This document shows positions 33,901 through 47,946 of a stretch of DNA of 64,000 nt, in pieces. This DNA is from the human T2T-CHM13v2.0 reference genome, Homo sapiens: NCBI RefSeq assembly GCF_009914755.1, contig NC_060927.1; one strand, given 5' to 3'. Within the stretch, counting starts at the first letter, position 1, and every line of letters begins with the position of its first letter. Below the pieces are notes generated by a model. That model was not told the DNA's origin and made no database searches. It saw only the letters and a list, made by a program, of their open reading frames with translations. The translations under genes and the position numbers were made by a program.

Positions 33901-34014
33901 ATCCACTTCCCCTCCACGCTCTCATTTGTGACCAACATTTGTTGTGCACCTACCTCATACCTGGAGATGTGGAAGTGGATGTGGTTCTTATCCTTGTGGA
34001 TCAAAGAGTCAAGA

Positions 34015-34295
34015 GCTGGGCTATAACCCATAGGAGAGCCATTAGTCACCTGTGACTGTCAAGCACTTGAAATGTGGCTAGTCCAAATTGAAGTGTGCTG
34101 CTAGGGTAAAATCATGATGGATTGGAAAGAGTACAAAAACAGAATGTAAAATGTAATAATTTTTAATATTAATTACATGTTGAAATGATAAATGGCTATA
34201 TTGGACTAAAGTACAGTATTAAATTCACCTGTTTCTTTTTACTTTTCTAATATGGCTACTGGAAAATGTAAAATTACATGTGTGTCTTGAATATG
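34015..34295. mobile_element. MER33-like hAT-Charlie DNA transposon
   Basis: AAGCACTTGAAATGTGGCTAGTCCAAATTGA...ATTCACCTGTTTCTTTTTACTTTT...AAATTACATG. Confidence 0.75.
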
Positions 34296-34484
34296 TGAGG
34301 GACCGGGATGGACAGAGAATGCTACAGGCTGGTGCAGTCACACTGGTCCAGATGGGGTGATGAGGAACATCGGGGGTTCAGCCTCTTCCTGGACTGGGCA
34401 GAGGGAGGGAAGAGGGCTCATGCCGAGAACCATGTAAGTATTATAACTGAGGGCCATGAGTTAAGGAAGGAATGTCAGGAGTAA

Positions 34485-34710
34485 CACCTACTCCTTTTAG
34501 CACTTATGAGGTAAGCCAGTGTTCTAAGCGTTTTACATGTATTAACTCAATCATCACAACCCCTCAAGGTAGTTACTAGTGTTATCATTTCTGTTTGAGG
34601 CACAGACAGGAAATGTAACTAACTCTCCTGAGATCACGCAGTCAGGACGTGATCAAATCAGAATTTGAACCTGAGGGGTCGGGTTCCACAGCCTCAACAT
34701 GGAACTGTGC
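34485..34710 (-). mobile_element. MIR
   Basis: GTTCTAAGCGTTTTACATGTATTAACTCA...TGAGGCACAGA...GAATTTGAACC. Confidence 0.75.
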
Positions 34711-34859
34711 TATGTATAGCCTTCCTCCAAGGTTGGAATGGGCATCCCCATGGTTTGGGGTGAGGTAGACCCACCGGTGTGCTGACAGGAGCAGGGGTAG
34801 GAGAAGGCACCTGCCCTCTACCCCTATATCACAAACCCACCCCTCGCTTCTGTGCCACA

Positions 34860-35160
34860 GGGTGCTGCCTTTGCTTGTTCTGTCTGCCTTGAATGCTGTG
34901 ACATTCATCCTTGTCCTTTCCTTCACCATCACTTTCTGATCTCCAAAACTAGGTAAAATTCCTCTATTATGGGCTTGTATGACACCTTGTACCTCTACTC
35001 ATAGGATGTCTTATAGACATAATGTTACATTTATTTACGTGAGTGTTTAATTTTCTGTCTGTCACCTAAGGGAAAGAGCTATGTCTATTTTTACTTTCTA
35101 TATTCAGCACCTAACATAATGTGTGACCTCATACCAATAAATACCTATTTAATAAATAAT
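34860..35160 (+). mobile_element. L2 3' fragment
   Basis: TCTGTCTGCCTTGAATGC...CAGCACCTAACATAATG...CAATAAATACC. Confidence 0.5.
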
Positions 35161-35179
35161 CGATTCTTCCTGCAAGATA

Positions 35180-35310
35180 GATTTTCTACCCATCTTATAG
35201 ATGAAGAAACTACACTCAGCAAGTTTAAGAAACTTGCCCCAAGTTCCAATCCCAAGTAAGTGGATAGAGCTGAAATTTCCCCTGAGCCAACTCACTTCAA
35301 AGCCACTACC
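35180..35310 (-). mobile_element. MIR fragment
   Basis: CCCATCTTATAGATGAAGAAACT...AACTTGCCCCAAG. Confidence 0.6.
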
Positions 35311-36593
35311 TTTCAGTGGAAATCCAAATAGGTGCTGCTATCCCCAGAATGTGCATGGAAGCCACAGACTGGTGAGGAGACCTGTGCAACATGCATTGGC
35401 CCCTCCCTAGCTAGAGTCTTATGGGGACTCACTCATATCTGATGACTTGTACCCTCCTTCCTTCTCCCCATGGGGCCCTCATCTTCTAACCAAAACCCTC
35501 TGTGTCTGCCAGGGACTTCTCAACTCTTTTTCTTGGACAGACGGCACTGCTGAGTTTGCTAGAATTCCAAGGATTTGGCACAGACATGGCCTTATCCCCA
35601 GGAACGCCCTCCCAGTTTCCAAGCTGGACCCTCATATTCTCCTTTTCTACAGGAATCATTTCCAGGGTCGCTAGCTCTTAATGCAATCATTTGTTCATTC
35701 ATTCAGTCAGTCAGTTGATCTGCCAATACATACTAATTGTTGAATGGCTATCATATCCCTTATACTTACCTTGAGAAGCTCAGAGGCTTTTGCAGGAGGT
35801 GTTAGAACCCATAGGATGGGACCTCACCCCCATCCTAAAATGACTCTCTTTGAAGACAATTCCTATTTGGAGGCAAGTGATCTGCTTAGTCTTTGTGCAG
35901 TTTATTGTGTTCAGAGAGGGAACACATGAGGAGAAATATTCCCTTTCCTAATTGCCAAATTTAAGACAGGTGCTTCCTGGCCTGCTCAAATATTAAACTC
36001 ACTCTGTACATGGGCACTTACAACCGACAACAGGCAGGCTGTGCCTCTGCAGCTCTGAATCTGTGCCCAGGGCCCTGACAGACAGCAGCTGGTTCAGGAA
36101 ATTCATGAGGAAAATATCCCTAGATGAATTCTGTGGCATGTCCTGCAAGCAAAAACCTGGGAGGAGGAAGAAAGCCTGGCGGGCCTAAGAGAGGGTTTTG
36201 CTTTTTTGCCCCCCTTTTTTTTTTGAGTGGGGGCTCACAGGTAAGAGGAGTCCTCATGCTCAAAATAAGAAGCAGGAAGAAATATGTCAGCAGAGGGAGG
36301 GAAGCTTTGAAATGGGGGTAGGAAGAATGGTGGGGCAAGAGGGAGACTGGCATTTGCTGGAAAGTGGGAAGGGGCTGGCTACAGTCTGTTTTGTTCACTG
36401 TCACATCCCCAATGCTTGGGAAGTACCTGGAACATATGTGTGAATGAATTGAGTGAATTTCACAGCATGTGTCATCTAGGATTTTTTGGTCCCTGAGATA
36501 GCCATAGGTACATAGCAGGAGGACAAATGTGGTCCAAAAATTTGGTAAACGGTCTACTCTGTTCCCCACCTTAGCATATTATAGTCTCTGAGA

Positions 36594-36777
36594 CAGAGGT
36601 TCTCAAACTTAACCACACCAAAACCACCTGGAGGGCTTATTGAAACACAAATGGCCAAGCCCTGCTCCTGGAGTTTCTGATTCCATGGGTCTGAGGTGAG
36701 GCTGGAGAGTGAATTTATAGCAAGTTCCCAGCTGATACTGATGCTGTGGTTCAGAGACCACACTTTGAGAACCACTG
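36594..36777. mobile_element. MER5A hAT-Charlie MITE
   Basis: TIRs CAGAGGTTCTCAAA...TTTGAGAACCACTG; 8-bp TSD CTCTGAGA / TTCTGAGG. Confidence 0.9.
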
Positions 36778-37193
36778 TTCTGAGGCATCCTGCTGAAAGA
36801 AGCCTGATGGACTGTTAAATGAGGCTTTTCCAAAGCATTTTTTACTCTGGGCCCCTTTGTTCATGGTATATCTGGCAAGACAATCAGCACCTCAGTGGGG
36901 AAAGGAAGTCTGAAAGGGTCTGAGGTGAACATTTCCCCGAGTAATAGTGAATGGGGGACCTCATCTCCTCCTGGCATGTCCCATTCCTCCAGGCTCCTGC
37001 AGGAGACAGCACAGGGAATGCACAACCCCCACTTCGTTGAGACTGGATTTCCTGCCCTAACCTCTGGTTCTCACATCAACACCGTCAGCTCTACCTCTGT
37101 GGGGCTTTGTGGAATTTGCAAATCAGCCCCAGGCTGGGTAAGGGGAGAAGCTTTGAATTAGATAAGAGACTAATTGAAGTGGACTTTTTAATA

Positions 37194-37543
37194 TAGATGC
37201 TCCTCAACTTATAATGGGGTTGTTTTCCAATAAGCCCATCGTAAGTTGAAAATACCATAAATTAAAAATGTATTTAATACACTTAAGCTACTGAACATCA
37301 AAGCTTAGCCTAGTCTACCTTCCATGTGCTCAGAACACTTACATTAGCCTACAATTGGGCAAATCATCTAACACAAAGCTTCCATTTTATAATAAAGTGT
37401 TAAGTATCTCATGTAATTTATTGAAAACTATATTGAAAGTCAAAAACAATGGTTATATTAGTACTCAAAGTACAGTCTCTACTGAATACGTATTGTTTTT
37501 GCTCCATTGTAAAGTTGAACAATTATAAGTCAGGGATCATCTG
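37194..37543. mobile_element. MER47A-like TcMar-Tigger MITE
   Basis: TIRs (C>T)AGATGCTCCTCAACTTA...TAAGTCAGGGATCATCTG; TA TSDs at 37192-37193 and 37544-37545. Confidence 0.8.
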
Positions 37544-38733
37544 TACATGAAAACAGTGACTTGAGACACTAACAGATCTGCCAAGGTGTCATCTAGGTGT
37601 GGAAAGGGAGATCTGATTGACACTGCTTAAGGGCAGTGGTGAGAAAGAAAGAAAAAAACCCCTGCTGATTATGTATGCAAAAGTCGCAGCACGGTGCTAG
37701 AGTGCTAGGCACATCATCAGTGCATAATAAAGGTGTGCTTCCTCTCCCCGGGGATGAGATTAAATCCTGGGTGCAAAGCAAGTCTTGATTTCCATGCTCT
37801 AAGCACAAATTACAAGGATGGTTTTTCAGGATTGTTTTGGGGATTTGCCCAAATGTTGCACAACCAAATTTCAAACGAGGGTGGTCTCTTTGACACAGGC
37901 TACCTTTCAGATTTCCTGCTCCCCTGCACTCCAGCACCCTGAGTCAGCAGTCACTTTTTGACAGGAGGCCCAGCAGGTGCTTTCTGAGCTGTCATGATTA
38001 CCTTCCAGTGAAAACACACTACGCTTCTTGCTGCCAGTTTGGAAGTGCAGGCAACCTCCTGGGAAGATCTTGAATAGATTTGCAAATGAGAGTAACATCT
38101 TTGCCCTGGCATAAAGTTGATCTGGGTGCTAACCAAAGTCTCTTTTTTTTCCTTCAACTTTTATTTTAAACTCAGGGGTACATGTGTAGGATGTGCAGGT
38201 TTGCTACACAGGTAAATGCGTGCCATGGTGGTTTGCTGCACAGATCATCCCATCACCTAGGTATTAAGCTCAGTGTCCGTTAGCTATTCTTTCTGATGCT
38301 CTCCCTCCCCTTACTCTACCCCGTTCGACAGGCCCCACTGTGTGCTGTTCCCCCCACCATGTGTGTCTATGTGTTCTCATCATTCAGCTCCCACTTATAA
38401 GTGAGAACATGTGGTGTTTGGTTTTTTGTTCCTGTGTTAGTTTCCTAAGGATAATTAATGGCTTCCAACTCCATCCATGTCGCTGCAAAGGACATGATCT
38501 CACTCCTTTTATGGCTACATAGTATTCCGTGGTGTATACGTAGCACATTTTCTTTATCCAGTCTATCATTGATGGGCATTTAGATTGATTTCATGTCTTT
38601 GCTATTGTGAATAGTGCTACAGTGAACGTACACGTGCTTGTATCTTTATAATAAAATGATTAATATTCGTTTGAGTACATATGCAGTAATGAAATTGCTG
38701 GGTCAAATGGTATTTCTGCCTCTAGATCTTTGA

Positions 38734-39110
<377 letters not shown>

Positions 39111-40400
39111 TGGACTTTTTAATATTAGCCATTCTGACTGGTGTGAGGTGGTATCTCATTGTGGTTTTGATTTGCATTTCTCTAATGATCAATGATGTTG
39201 AGCTTTTTTTTCATATGTTTGTTGGCCACAAGTATGTCTTCTTTTGTGAAGTGTCTGTTCATGTCCTTTGCCCATTTTTTAATGTGATTTTTTTTTTCTT
39301 GTACGTTTGCTTAAGTTCCTTGTAGGCTCTGGATATTACACCTTTGTCAGATGGCTAGAATACAAAAATGTTCTCCCATTCTGTAGGTTTTCTGTTCACT
39401 ATGATGATAGTTTCTTTTGCTGTGCAGCTCTTCAGTTTAATTAGATCTCATTTGTCAATTTTTGCTTTTGTTTCAAAATTTTGCATTTGGTGTTTTCGTC
39501 ATGAAGTCTTTGCCCATGCCTGTGTCCTGAATGGTATTGCCTGGGTTTTCTTCTAGGGTTTTTATAGTTTTGAGTTTTATATTTAAGTCTTTAATTCATG
39601 TTGAGTTAATTTTTGCATCTATAGTTTTCTGCATATGGCTAGCCAGTTCTCCCAGCATGATTTATTAAATAGGGAATGCTTTCCCCATTGCTTGTTTTTC
39701 TCAGGTTTGTCAAAGATCAGACGGTTGTAGGTGTGTGGTCTTATTTCTGACTTTTCTATTCTGTTCCATTGGTCTATGTGTGTTTTGGTTACCAGCATCA
39801 TTCTGTTTTGATTACTATAGTCTTGTAGTGTAGTTTGAAGTCAGATAGTGTGATGCCTCCAGCTTTATTCTTTTTCTTAGGATTACCTTGGCTATTTGGG
39901 CTCTTTTTGCTTCCATATAAATTTTAAAATAGCTTTTCTAATTTCGTGAAGAATGTCAATGGTAGTTTCATGGGAATAGCATTGAATCTATAAATTACTT
40001 TGAGCAGTATGCCCATTTTTAAGATATTGATTCTTCCTATTCATGATCATAGAATGTCTTTCCATTTGTTTATGTCATCTCTAAATTCCTTGAGTAGTGG
40101 TTTGTAATTCTCCTTGAAGAGGTCCTTCAGTTCCCTTGTTAGCTGTATTCCCAGGTATTTTATTCTTATTGTGGCAGCTGTAAATGGGAGTTCATTCATG
40201 ATTTGGTTCTCTGCTTGCATGTTGTTGGTGTATAGGAATGCTAGTGATTTTTGCACATTGATTTTGTATCCTGAGACTTTGCTGAAGTTGCTTATCAGCT
40301 TAAGATGCTTTTCAACTAAGACGATGGGATTTTCTAGATATAGGGTCATGTCATCTGCAAGCAAAGATAACTTGACTTCCTTTCTATTTAAATACTTTTA

Positions 40401-40514
<114 letters not shown>

Positions 40515-41431
40515 TTACCCATTCAGTATGATATTGGCTGTGTGTTTGTCATAGATGGCTCTTAGTATTTTTAGGTATGTCCCTTCAATACCTAGTTTAT
40601 TGAGAGTTTTTAACATGAAGCGATGTTAAATTTTATCAAAGGCCTTTTCTGCATCTATTGAGATAATCATGTGGTTTTTGTCTTTGGTTCTGTTTATGTG
40701 ATGAATCACATTTATTAATTTGCATAGGTTGAACCAAACTTGCATCCTGGAGATGAAGCCAAGTTTATCATGGTGGATAAGCTTTTAGATGTGCTGCTGT
40801 ATTCAGTCTGCCAGTATTTCGTTGATAATTTTTGCATCAATGTTCATCAAGGATACTGACCTGAAGCTTTCTTTTTTTTTCTTTCTTCTTTTTTTTTTTT
40901 TTTTTTGTGTGTGTGTCTCTGCCAGATTTTGATATCAGGATGAAGCCAGCCTCATAAAATGAGTTAGGTAGGAATCCCTTCTTTTCAATTGTTTGGAATA
41001 GTTTCAGTAGGAATGGTACCAGCTCTTCTTTGTACCTCTGGTAGAATTTAGATGTAAATCTGTCTGGGCCTGTGCTTTTTTTGGTTGGTAGGCTATTTAT
41101 TACCACCTTAATTTCAAAACTTGTTATTGGTCTATTCAGGGATTCAATTTCTTCCTGGTTCAGTCTTGGGATCTAGTGTATGTGCATACTGGAAATTTAT
41201 AGTATTCTCTGATGGTTGTTTGCATTTCTGTGGGGTCAGTGATGATATTCCACTTATCATTTCTGATTGTGTCTATTTGATTCTTCTCTCTTTTATTCTT
41301 ATTAGTCAAGATAGCAGTCTATTTTATTAATTTTTTCAAAAGGCAGCTCCTGGATTCATTTATTTTTTTGAAGTGTTTTTCATGTCACTATCTCCTTCAG
41401 TTTCACTCTGATCTTGGTTCTTTCTTATTTT

Positions 41432-44400
41432 GAATTTTGTATAGTTTTCTATATTTTTTTCAATAGGTTTTTGGAGAACAGGTGGCGTTTGGCTACATGA
41501 ATAAGTTCTTTAGTGGTGATTTTTGTGATTTTGGTGCACACATCATCCAAGCAGTATACACTGTGCCCAATATGTACTCTTTTATCCCTCACACCCCAAA
41601 GTCCATTGTGTCATTCTTATGCCTTTGCATCCTCATAGCTTAGCTCCCACTCATGAGTGAGAACATATGATGTTTGATTTTCCATTCCTGAGTTACTTCA
41701 CTTAGAATTATGGTCTCCAATTCCACCCAGGTTGCTGTGAATGCCATTATTTTGTTCCTTTTTATAGCTGAGAGGTATTCATACATATACATATACTACA
41801 TATACATATACTACAATTTCTTTATCCACTTGTTGATTGATGGGCATTTGGTCTGGTTCCATATTTTTGCCATTGCAAATTGTGCTGCCATTAACATGCG
41901 TGTCAAGTATCTTTTTCATATAATGACTTCTTTTCCTCTGGGTAGATTCCCAGGAGTGGGATTGCTGGAACAAATGGTAGTTCTACTTTTAGTTCTTTGA
42001 GGGATCTCTACACTGTTTTCCATAGTGGTTGTACTACTTAATATTCCCACCAGCAGTATAAAAGTGTTCTCTTTTCACCACATCCATGCCACCATGCCAA
42101 CATCTATTTATTTTTATGTTCTTAGTGTTGCCATTCTTGCAGAAGTAAGGTGGAATTGCATGGTGGTTTAGATATTAGGGTGACACTAGCTTCATAGAAT
42201 GATTTAGGGAGGACTCTCTCTTTCTCTATCTTTTGGAATAGTTTCAGGATGATTAGTATTAATTCTTCTTTGAAAGTCTGATAAAATTCAGCTATGAATC
42301 TATTTGGTCCTGGACTTTTTTTGTTGGCTATTATTTTTATGACCATTTCAATCTTGCTGCTTGTTATTGGTCTGTTCAGAGTTTCTGTTTCTTCCTGGTT
42401 TAATCTAGGAATGTTGTATACTTTCAGGAATTTATTCCTCTCCTCTAGGTTTCCTAGTTTATGCACATAAAGGTGTTCAGTAGCCTTGAATGATCTTTTG
42501 TATTTCTGTGGCATTGGTTGTAATACCTTCTGTTTCATTTCTAATGGAGCTTCTCTCTTCTTTTCTTGGTTAATCTTACTAATTGTCTATCAGTTTTATT
42601 TTTTCCCCAAAGAACCAGCTTTTGGTTTAATTAGTCTTTTTATTGTTTTTCTGCTTTGTTTGTTTCAGTTTCATTTAGTCAGCTCTGATCTTTGTTATTT
42701 CTTTTCTTCTGCTGTGTCTGGGCTTGGTTTGTTCTTGTTTCCCTAGTTCCTTGAGGTGTGGCCTTAGATTGTCCATTTGTGCTCTTTCAGACTTACTGAT
42801 GTAGGGATTTAATGCTATGAAGTTTCCTTTAGCACTGCCTTTGCTGTATCCAAGAGGTTTCGATGGGTTGTATCACTATTATAATTCAATTCAAAATTTT
42901 TTTTAATTTTCATCTTGATTTCGTTGTTTACCCAACAAGCATTCAGGAGCAGGTTATTTAATTTCTATGTATTAGAATGGTTTTGAGGGTTCTTTTTGGA
43001 GTTGATTTCCAATTTCATTGTGGTCTGAGAGAGTGTTTGATATAATTTCAATTTTTTTAAAATGTATTGAGACTTGTTTTGTGGCCTATCATATGGTCTA
43101 TCTTGGAGAATGTTCCATGTGCCGATGAGTAGAATGTTCTGTAAATATCTGTTAAGTCCATTCATTCTAAGTTATAGTTTAAGTAAGTTGTTTCTTTGTT
43201 GACTTTCTGCCTTGAGGACATGTCTACTGCTGTCAGTAGAATATTAAAGCCCCCACTATTATTGTATTGCTGTCTATCTCATTTCTTAGCTCTAGTAGTA
43301 ATTGTTGTATAAATTTCGAAGCTGCAGTGTTAGGTGCATATATATTTATGATAGTGATATTTTCCTATTGGACAAGTACTTTTATCATTATGTAATGTTC
43401 CTCTTTGTCTTTTTTTAACTCTGTTGCTTTAAAGTTTGTTTTTTCTGATATAAGAATAGCTACTCCTGCTCTGTTTGTGACCATTTGCATGGAATATATT
43501 TTTCCACCCCTTTACCTTAAGTTATGCTAAGTCCTTATGTGTTATGTGAGTTCCTTAAAGACAGCAGCTACTTGGTTGGTGAATTTTTATCCATTCTGCC
43601 ATTCTGTATTTTTTGAGTGGAGCATTTAGGCCATTTACATTCAATATCAGTATTGATATGTGAGATACTATTCTATTCATTCTGCTATTTGTTGCCTGAA
43701 TACCTTGCTTTTTTTCATAGTTTTTTGTTTTATAGATTCTGTGAGATTTATGCTTTAAGGATGTTCTATTTTGGTTTATTTGGAGGATATGTTTCAAGAT
43801 TTAGAGGTGCTTTTAGCAGTTCATATAGTGCTGGATTGGTAGTAGTGAATTCTTTTGGCATTTTTTTTTTTTTTTTTGTCTGAAAAAGACTGTATCTTTC
43901 CTTCATTTATGAAGCTTAGTTTTGCTGGATACAATATTCTTGGCTCGTAATTATTTTGTTTAAGAAGGCTACAGATAGGGCCCCAATCCCTTCCAGCTTG
44001 TAGGGTTTCTGGTGAGAAATCTGCTGTTAATTTGACAGGTTACCTGATGCTTTTGCCTCGCAGCTCTTAAGATTCTTTTCTTAGTCATCAAGTTATCTAA
44101 AGTCAAGACAATGTGCTTAGGCAATGATCTTTTTGTGATAAATTTCCAAGGTGTTCTTTGAGCTTTTTGTATTTGGATGTCTAGATCTCTAGCAAAGCCA
44201 TGGAAGTTTCCCTCAATTATTCCTTCAAATACGTTTTCCAAACTTTTAGATTTCTCTTCCTCCTCAAGAACATCAACTAATCTTAGGTTTTGTCATTTAA
44301 CATAACTTCTTGGAGACTTAGCTCATTTTTTAAAAAATTCTTTCTTCTTTGACTTTGTTGCAGTGAGTTAATTCAAAAGCCTTGTCTTCAATCCCTGAAG

Positions 44401-46165
44401 TTCTTTCTTCTACTGTTCCATTCTACTGTTGAGACTTTCCAGTGTATTTTGCATTTCTCTAAGTGTGTCCCTCCTCTCCAAAAGTTGTGATTGTTTTTCA
44501 CTTACGCTATCTATTTTACTGAAGATTTTTCCCTTCATATGTTGTATTCATTAAATTGGACTTCACTTTTCTCTGGTGCCTCCTTGATTAGCTTAATAAT
44601 TGACCTTCTGAATTATTTTTTCTGGTAATTCAGATATTTCTTCTTGGTTTGGGTCCATTGGTGGTGAGCTGGTGTGATACTTTGGGGGTGTTAAAGAACC
44701 TTGTTTTGTTATGTTACCAGAATTGTTTTTCTGGTTTCTTCTCATTTGGATAGACTACGTCAGAGGGAGGATTTGGGACTCAAGGGCTGCTGTTCAGATT
44801 TTTTTGTCCCAAGGGGTACTTCCTTGATGTGGAACTTTCCCCCTTCCCCTAGGGATGTGGCTTCTTGAGAACCAAACTGCAGTGATTATTATTTTTCTCC
44901 TGGATCTAGCCACCCCGCAGAACTACTGGGCTCCAGGCTGGTACTGGGGAGTGTCTACAAAGAGTCCTGTGATGTGAACCGTCTTCAGTTCTCTCGGCCG
45001 TGGACACCAGTATCTGCTCTGGTGGAGGTGGAGGGGAATCAGGTGGACTCTGTTAGGATCTTTGTTTGTGGTTTTGTTTATTGTACTAATTTTGTGTTGG
45101 TTGACTTCTAGCCCAGAGGTGGTGCTTTCAAGACAGCATCAGCTGTGGTGGTAATATAGGGAGGATCAGGTGGTGGGTGAGGCCATAGAGCTCCCAAGGG
45201 ATTATTTCCTTTGTCTTTGGCTACCAGGGCAGGTAGAGAAAGACCATCAGGTGGTGGCAGGGTTAGGTGTGTCTGAGCGCAGACTCTCCGTGGATGCGGC
45301 TTGCTGTGGCTGCCTTGGGGGATGGGGTTGTTCTCAGGGGAATTATGACTGTCTCTCCTGTGTCACGCAGGTCACCAGAGAAGTAGGGAAAAGCCAGCAC
45401 TTACAGTCCTCACCCAGCTTCCATGTAGCCCAAAAGGCCAGTCTCACTTCCACCATACTTATCCAACAGCACCGAGTTTATTTCCAGGCAGTGGGTGAGC
45501 TGGGCTGAGAACTAGCCCCAGGCTACCAGCCTGCCAGCTGAGAAAGCAAGCAGGGCTTTCAGGATTTATGCCTTCCCACCTGTAGCAACTTCTGTGGTGT
45601 GTCTGCACTCCTGATTCACTCTCACCTCCAGGAAACTTTGCATTCAGGTGAAATTGTTACAAAGTTCAGCTGGAAATTTCCTTCTTCCTGTGGTCTATTC
45701 CCATTTCCTCTGGCAGCCCTCCCCAAGAACCCCTGTGAGACAAAGTCAGAAATGGCTTCCCTGGGATCTTAGAGAGCCCCCAGGGCTCTTCCCCCTACTT
45801 CTCCTACTCCTGTTTTTCACTTGGCTCTCTAAATGTGTCTCAGCTTCAGGTAAGGTCAAATCCTTCTCTGGTGATCTGGACATTCAGGTTCCCCAGTAAG
45901 GGTGTAAATCCAGGGGCAGATGATTCCTTTTCACACTTTTACACTTTGGGAAATCACAGTTTTTCAGCTGTCTCCAGGGGCCTGCAGCAGGAATCCACTT
46001 CCTTCAAAGGGTCTGTGGATTCTCTCGGCTTTCCTGGTATGTTCCTGTGGGTAGTTCTTGGAGCAAAAGTTCACGACGTGAGCCTCCACATGTCGCTCTG
46101 TCTGTCCAAGTGGGAGCTGCAAGTTAGTCCTGCCTCCTATCTGTCATTTTTATTCTGAGTCCTGA
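41432..46165 (-). mobile_element. L1PB (L1PB1-type 3' end, L1PBa-type 5'UTR) with internal ORF2 deletion
   Basis: 3' end TTTTTGGAGAACAGGTGG...AAGTTCTTTAGTGGTGAT; jump at ~42168; ORF1 fragment 43969-44241; long 5'UTR to ~46150; candidate TSD TTCTTTCTT(A/G)T(T/C)TT at 41418-41431 and 46169-46182. Confidence 0.8.
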
Positions 46166-47574
46166 TCTTTCTTTCTTGTCTTCTGCTAGCTTTGGAGTTT
46201 GTTTGCTCCTGGTTCTTCTAATTGTGATGTTAGGTTAACTTGATATCTTTCTAGCTTTTTGATGTGGGCATTTAGTGCTATAAATTTCACTCTTAACACT
46301 GCTTTAGCTGCATCCCAGAAAGTCTGGTACATTGTCTCTTTGTTCTCATTAGTTTCAAAAAAACTTCTTGATTTCTGCCTTTATTTCATTATTTACCCAG
46401 GAGTCATCCAGGAGCAGGTTGTGTAATTTCCATGTGATGGTGTGGTTTTGGGTGAATTTTTATATCTTGTGTTCTAATTTAATTGCACTGTGGTCTGAGA
46501 GACCGTTTGCTATGATTTCAGTTCTTTTGCATTCACTGAGGAGTCTTTCACTTCGATTATGTGATCAATTCTAGAGGAAGTGCCATGTGGCAATGAGAAG
46601 AATGTATATTCTTGAGGTGGAGAGTTCTGTAGATAGCTATTAGGTCCACTTAATCCAGAGTGGGGTTCAGGTCCTGAATATCTTTGTTAATTTTCTGTCT
46701 CTGTGATCTAATATTGGTTGGTTAAAGTCTCTCGCTATTATTGTTAAAATCTCTCGCTATTATTGTGTGGAAGTCTAAGTCTCTTTGTAGTCTCTAAGAA
46801 CTTGATTTATGAATATGGTTCTCCTGTATTGAGTGCATATATATTTAGGATAGTTAGCTCTTCTTGTTGAATTGAACCCTTTACCAGTATGTAATTACCT
46901 TGTCTTTTTTTTCCTTTATTGGTTTAAACTAGGATTGTGACCCCTGCTTTTTTCTGTTTTCCATTTTCTTGGTAAATTTTCCTCCATTCCTTTGTTTTGA
47001 GCCTATGTGTGACTTTGTACGTGAGGTGGGTCTTGGGAAGACAGCATACTGATGGGTCTTGGCTCTTTATCCAGCTTGCCATTCTCTGTCTTTAAATTGG
47101 AACATTTAGCTCACTTACATTTAAGGCTAGTGTTGTGCATGAATTTTATCCTGTCATCATGATGCTAGCTGGTTATTTTGTAGACTCGTTTATGTGGTTG
47201 CTTTATAGTGTCACTGGTTTGTGTACTTCAGTGTTTTTTGTAGTGGCTGGTAATGGTTTTTTCTTTTGATATTTAGTGCTTCCTTCAGGAGCTCTTGCAA
47301 GGCTGGCCTGATGGTGACAAATTCCCTCAGCATTTGCTTGCCTGAAAAGGATCTTATTTCTCCTTCACTTATGAAGCTAACTTTAGCTGGTTCTGAAATT
47401 CTGGGTTGGAAATTCCTAAAGAATGTTGAATATTGTCCCCCAGTATCTTCTGGCTTGTAGGGTTTCTGCTGAGAGGACCACTGTTAGTCTGATGGGTTTC
47501 CCTTTGTAGGTGACCTGGCCTTTCTCTCTGACTGCTGTTAACATTATTTTTCTTTCATTTGGACCTTGGAGAAT

Positions 47575-47946
47575 TGTATTAGTCTTTTCTCATGCTACTA
47601 TAATGAACTGCCTGAGACTGGATAATTTATAAAGGAAAGAGATTTAATTGACTTACTTACCATTCCACATTGCTGGGAAGCCCCCAGGAAACTTATAATC
47701 ATGGTGAAAGGCAAAGGAGAAATAGGCACCTTCTTCACAGGGCAGAGTCAGTGCAGGCAGGGAAAAGGCTGGATGCCTCTAAAACTATCAGATCTCATGA
47801 GACTCACTCACTATCACAAGAATAGCATGGGGGAAACAGCCCCCTGATCCAATTACCTCCACCTGGTCCCACCCTTGACATGTGGGGATTATCGGGATTA
47901 TAATTCATGATGAGATTTTGGGTGGGGACACAGCCAAACCATATCA
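47575..47946 (-). mobile_element. THE1C/D-like MaLR solo LTR
   Basis: TGTATTAGTC...GGGTGGGGACACAGCCAAACCATATCA; 5-bp TSD AGAAT/AGAGT. Confidence 0.9.

Larger units (their letters stand above)
32920..36115 (-). ncRNA. CLSTN2-AS1: Candidate spliced antisense lncRNA (probably CLSTN2-AS1)
   Basis: Minus-strand donor AAG|GTAAGT (exon end 35770); acceptor CTTAAT-TTCTCCTTTCATTCTTTCCTAG|G (exon start 33467); AATAAA at 32944-32939. The name and 5' end come from recollection of an antisense RNA in this intron and are unverified. Confidence 0.4.

Noticed and set aside
33601-34026. 141-aa + strand ORF (and the 149-aa - strand ORF at 36120-36569)
   Set aside because: Low-complexity composition, no homology recognised; lengths are compatible with chance in 64 kb.
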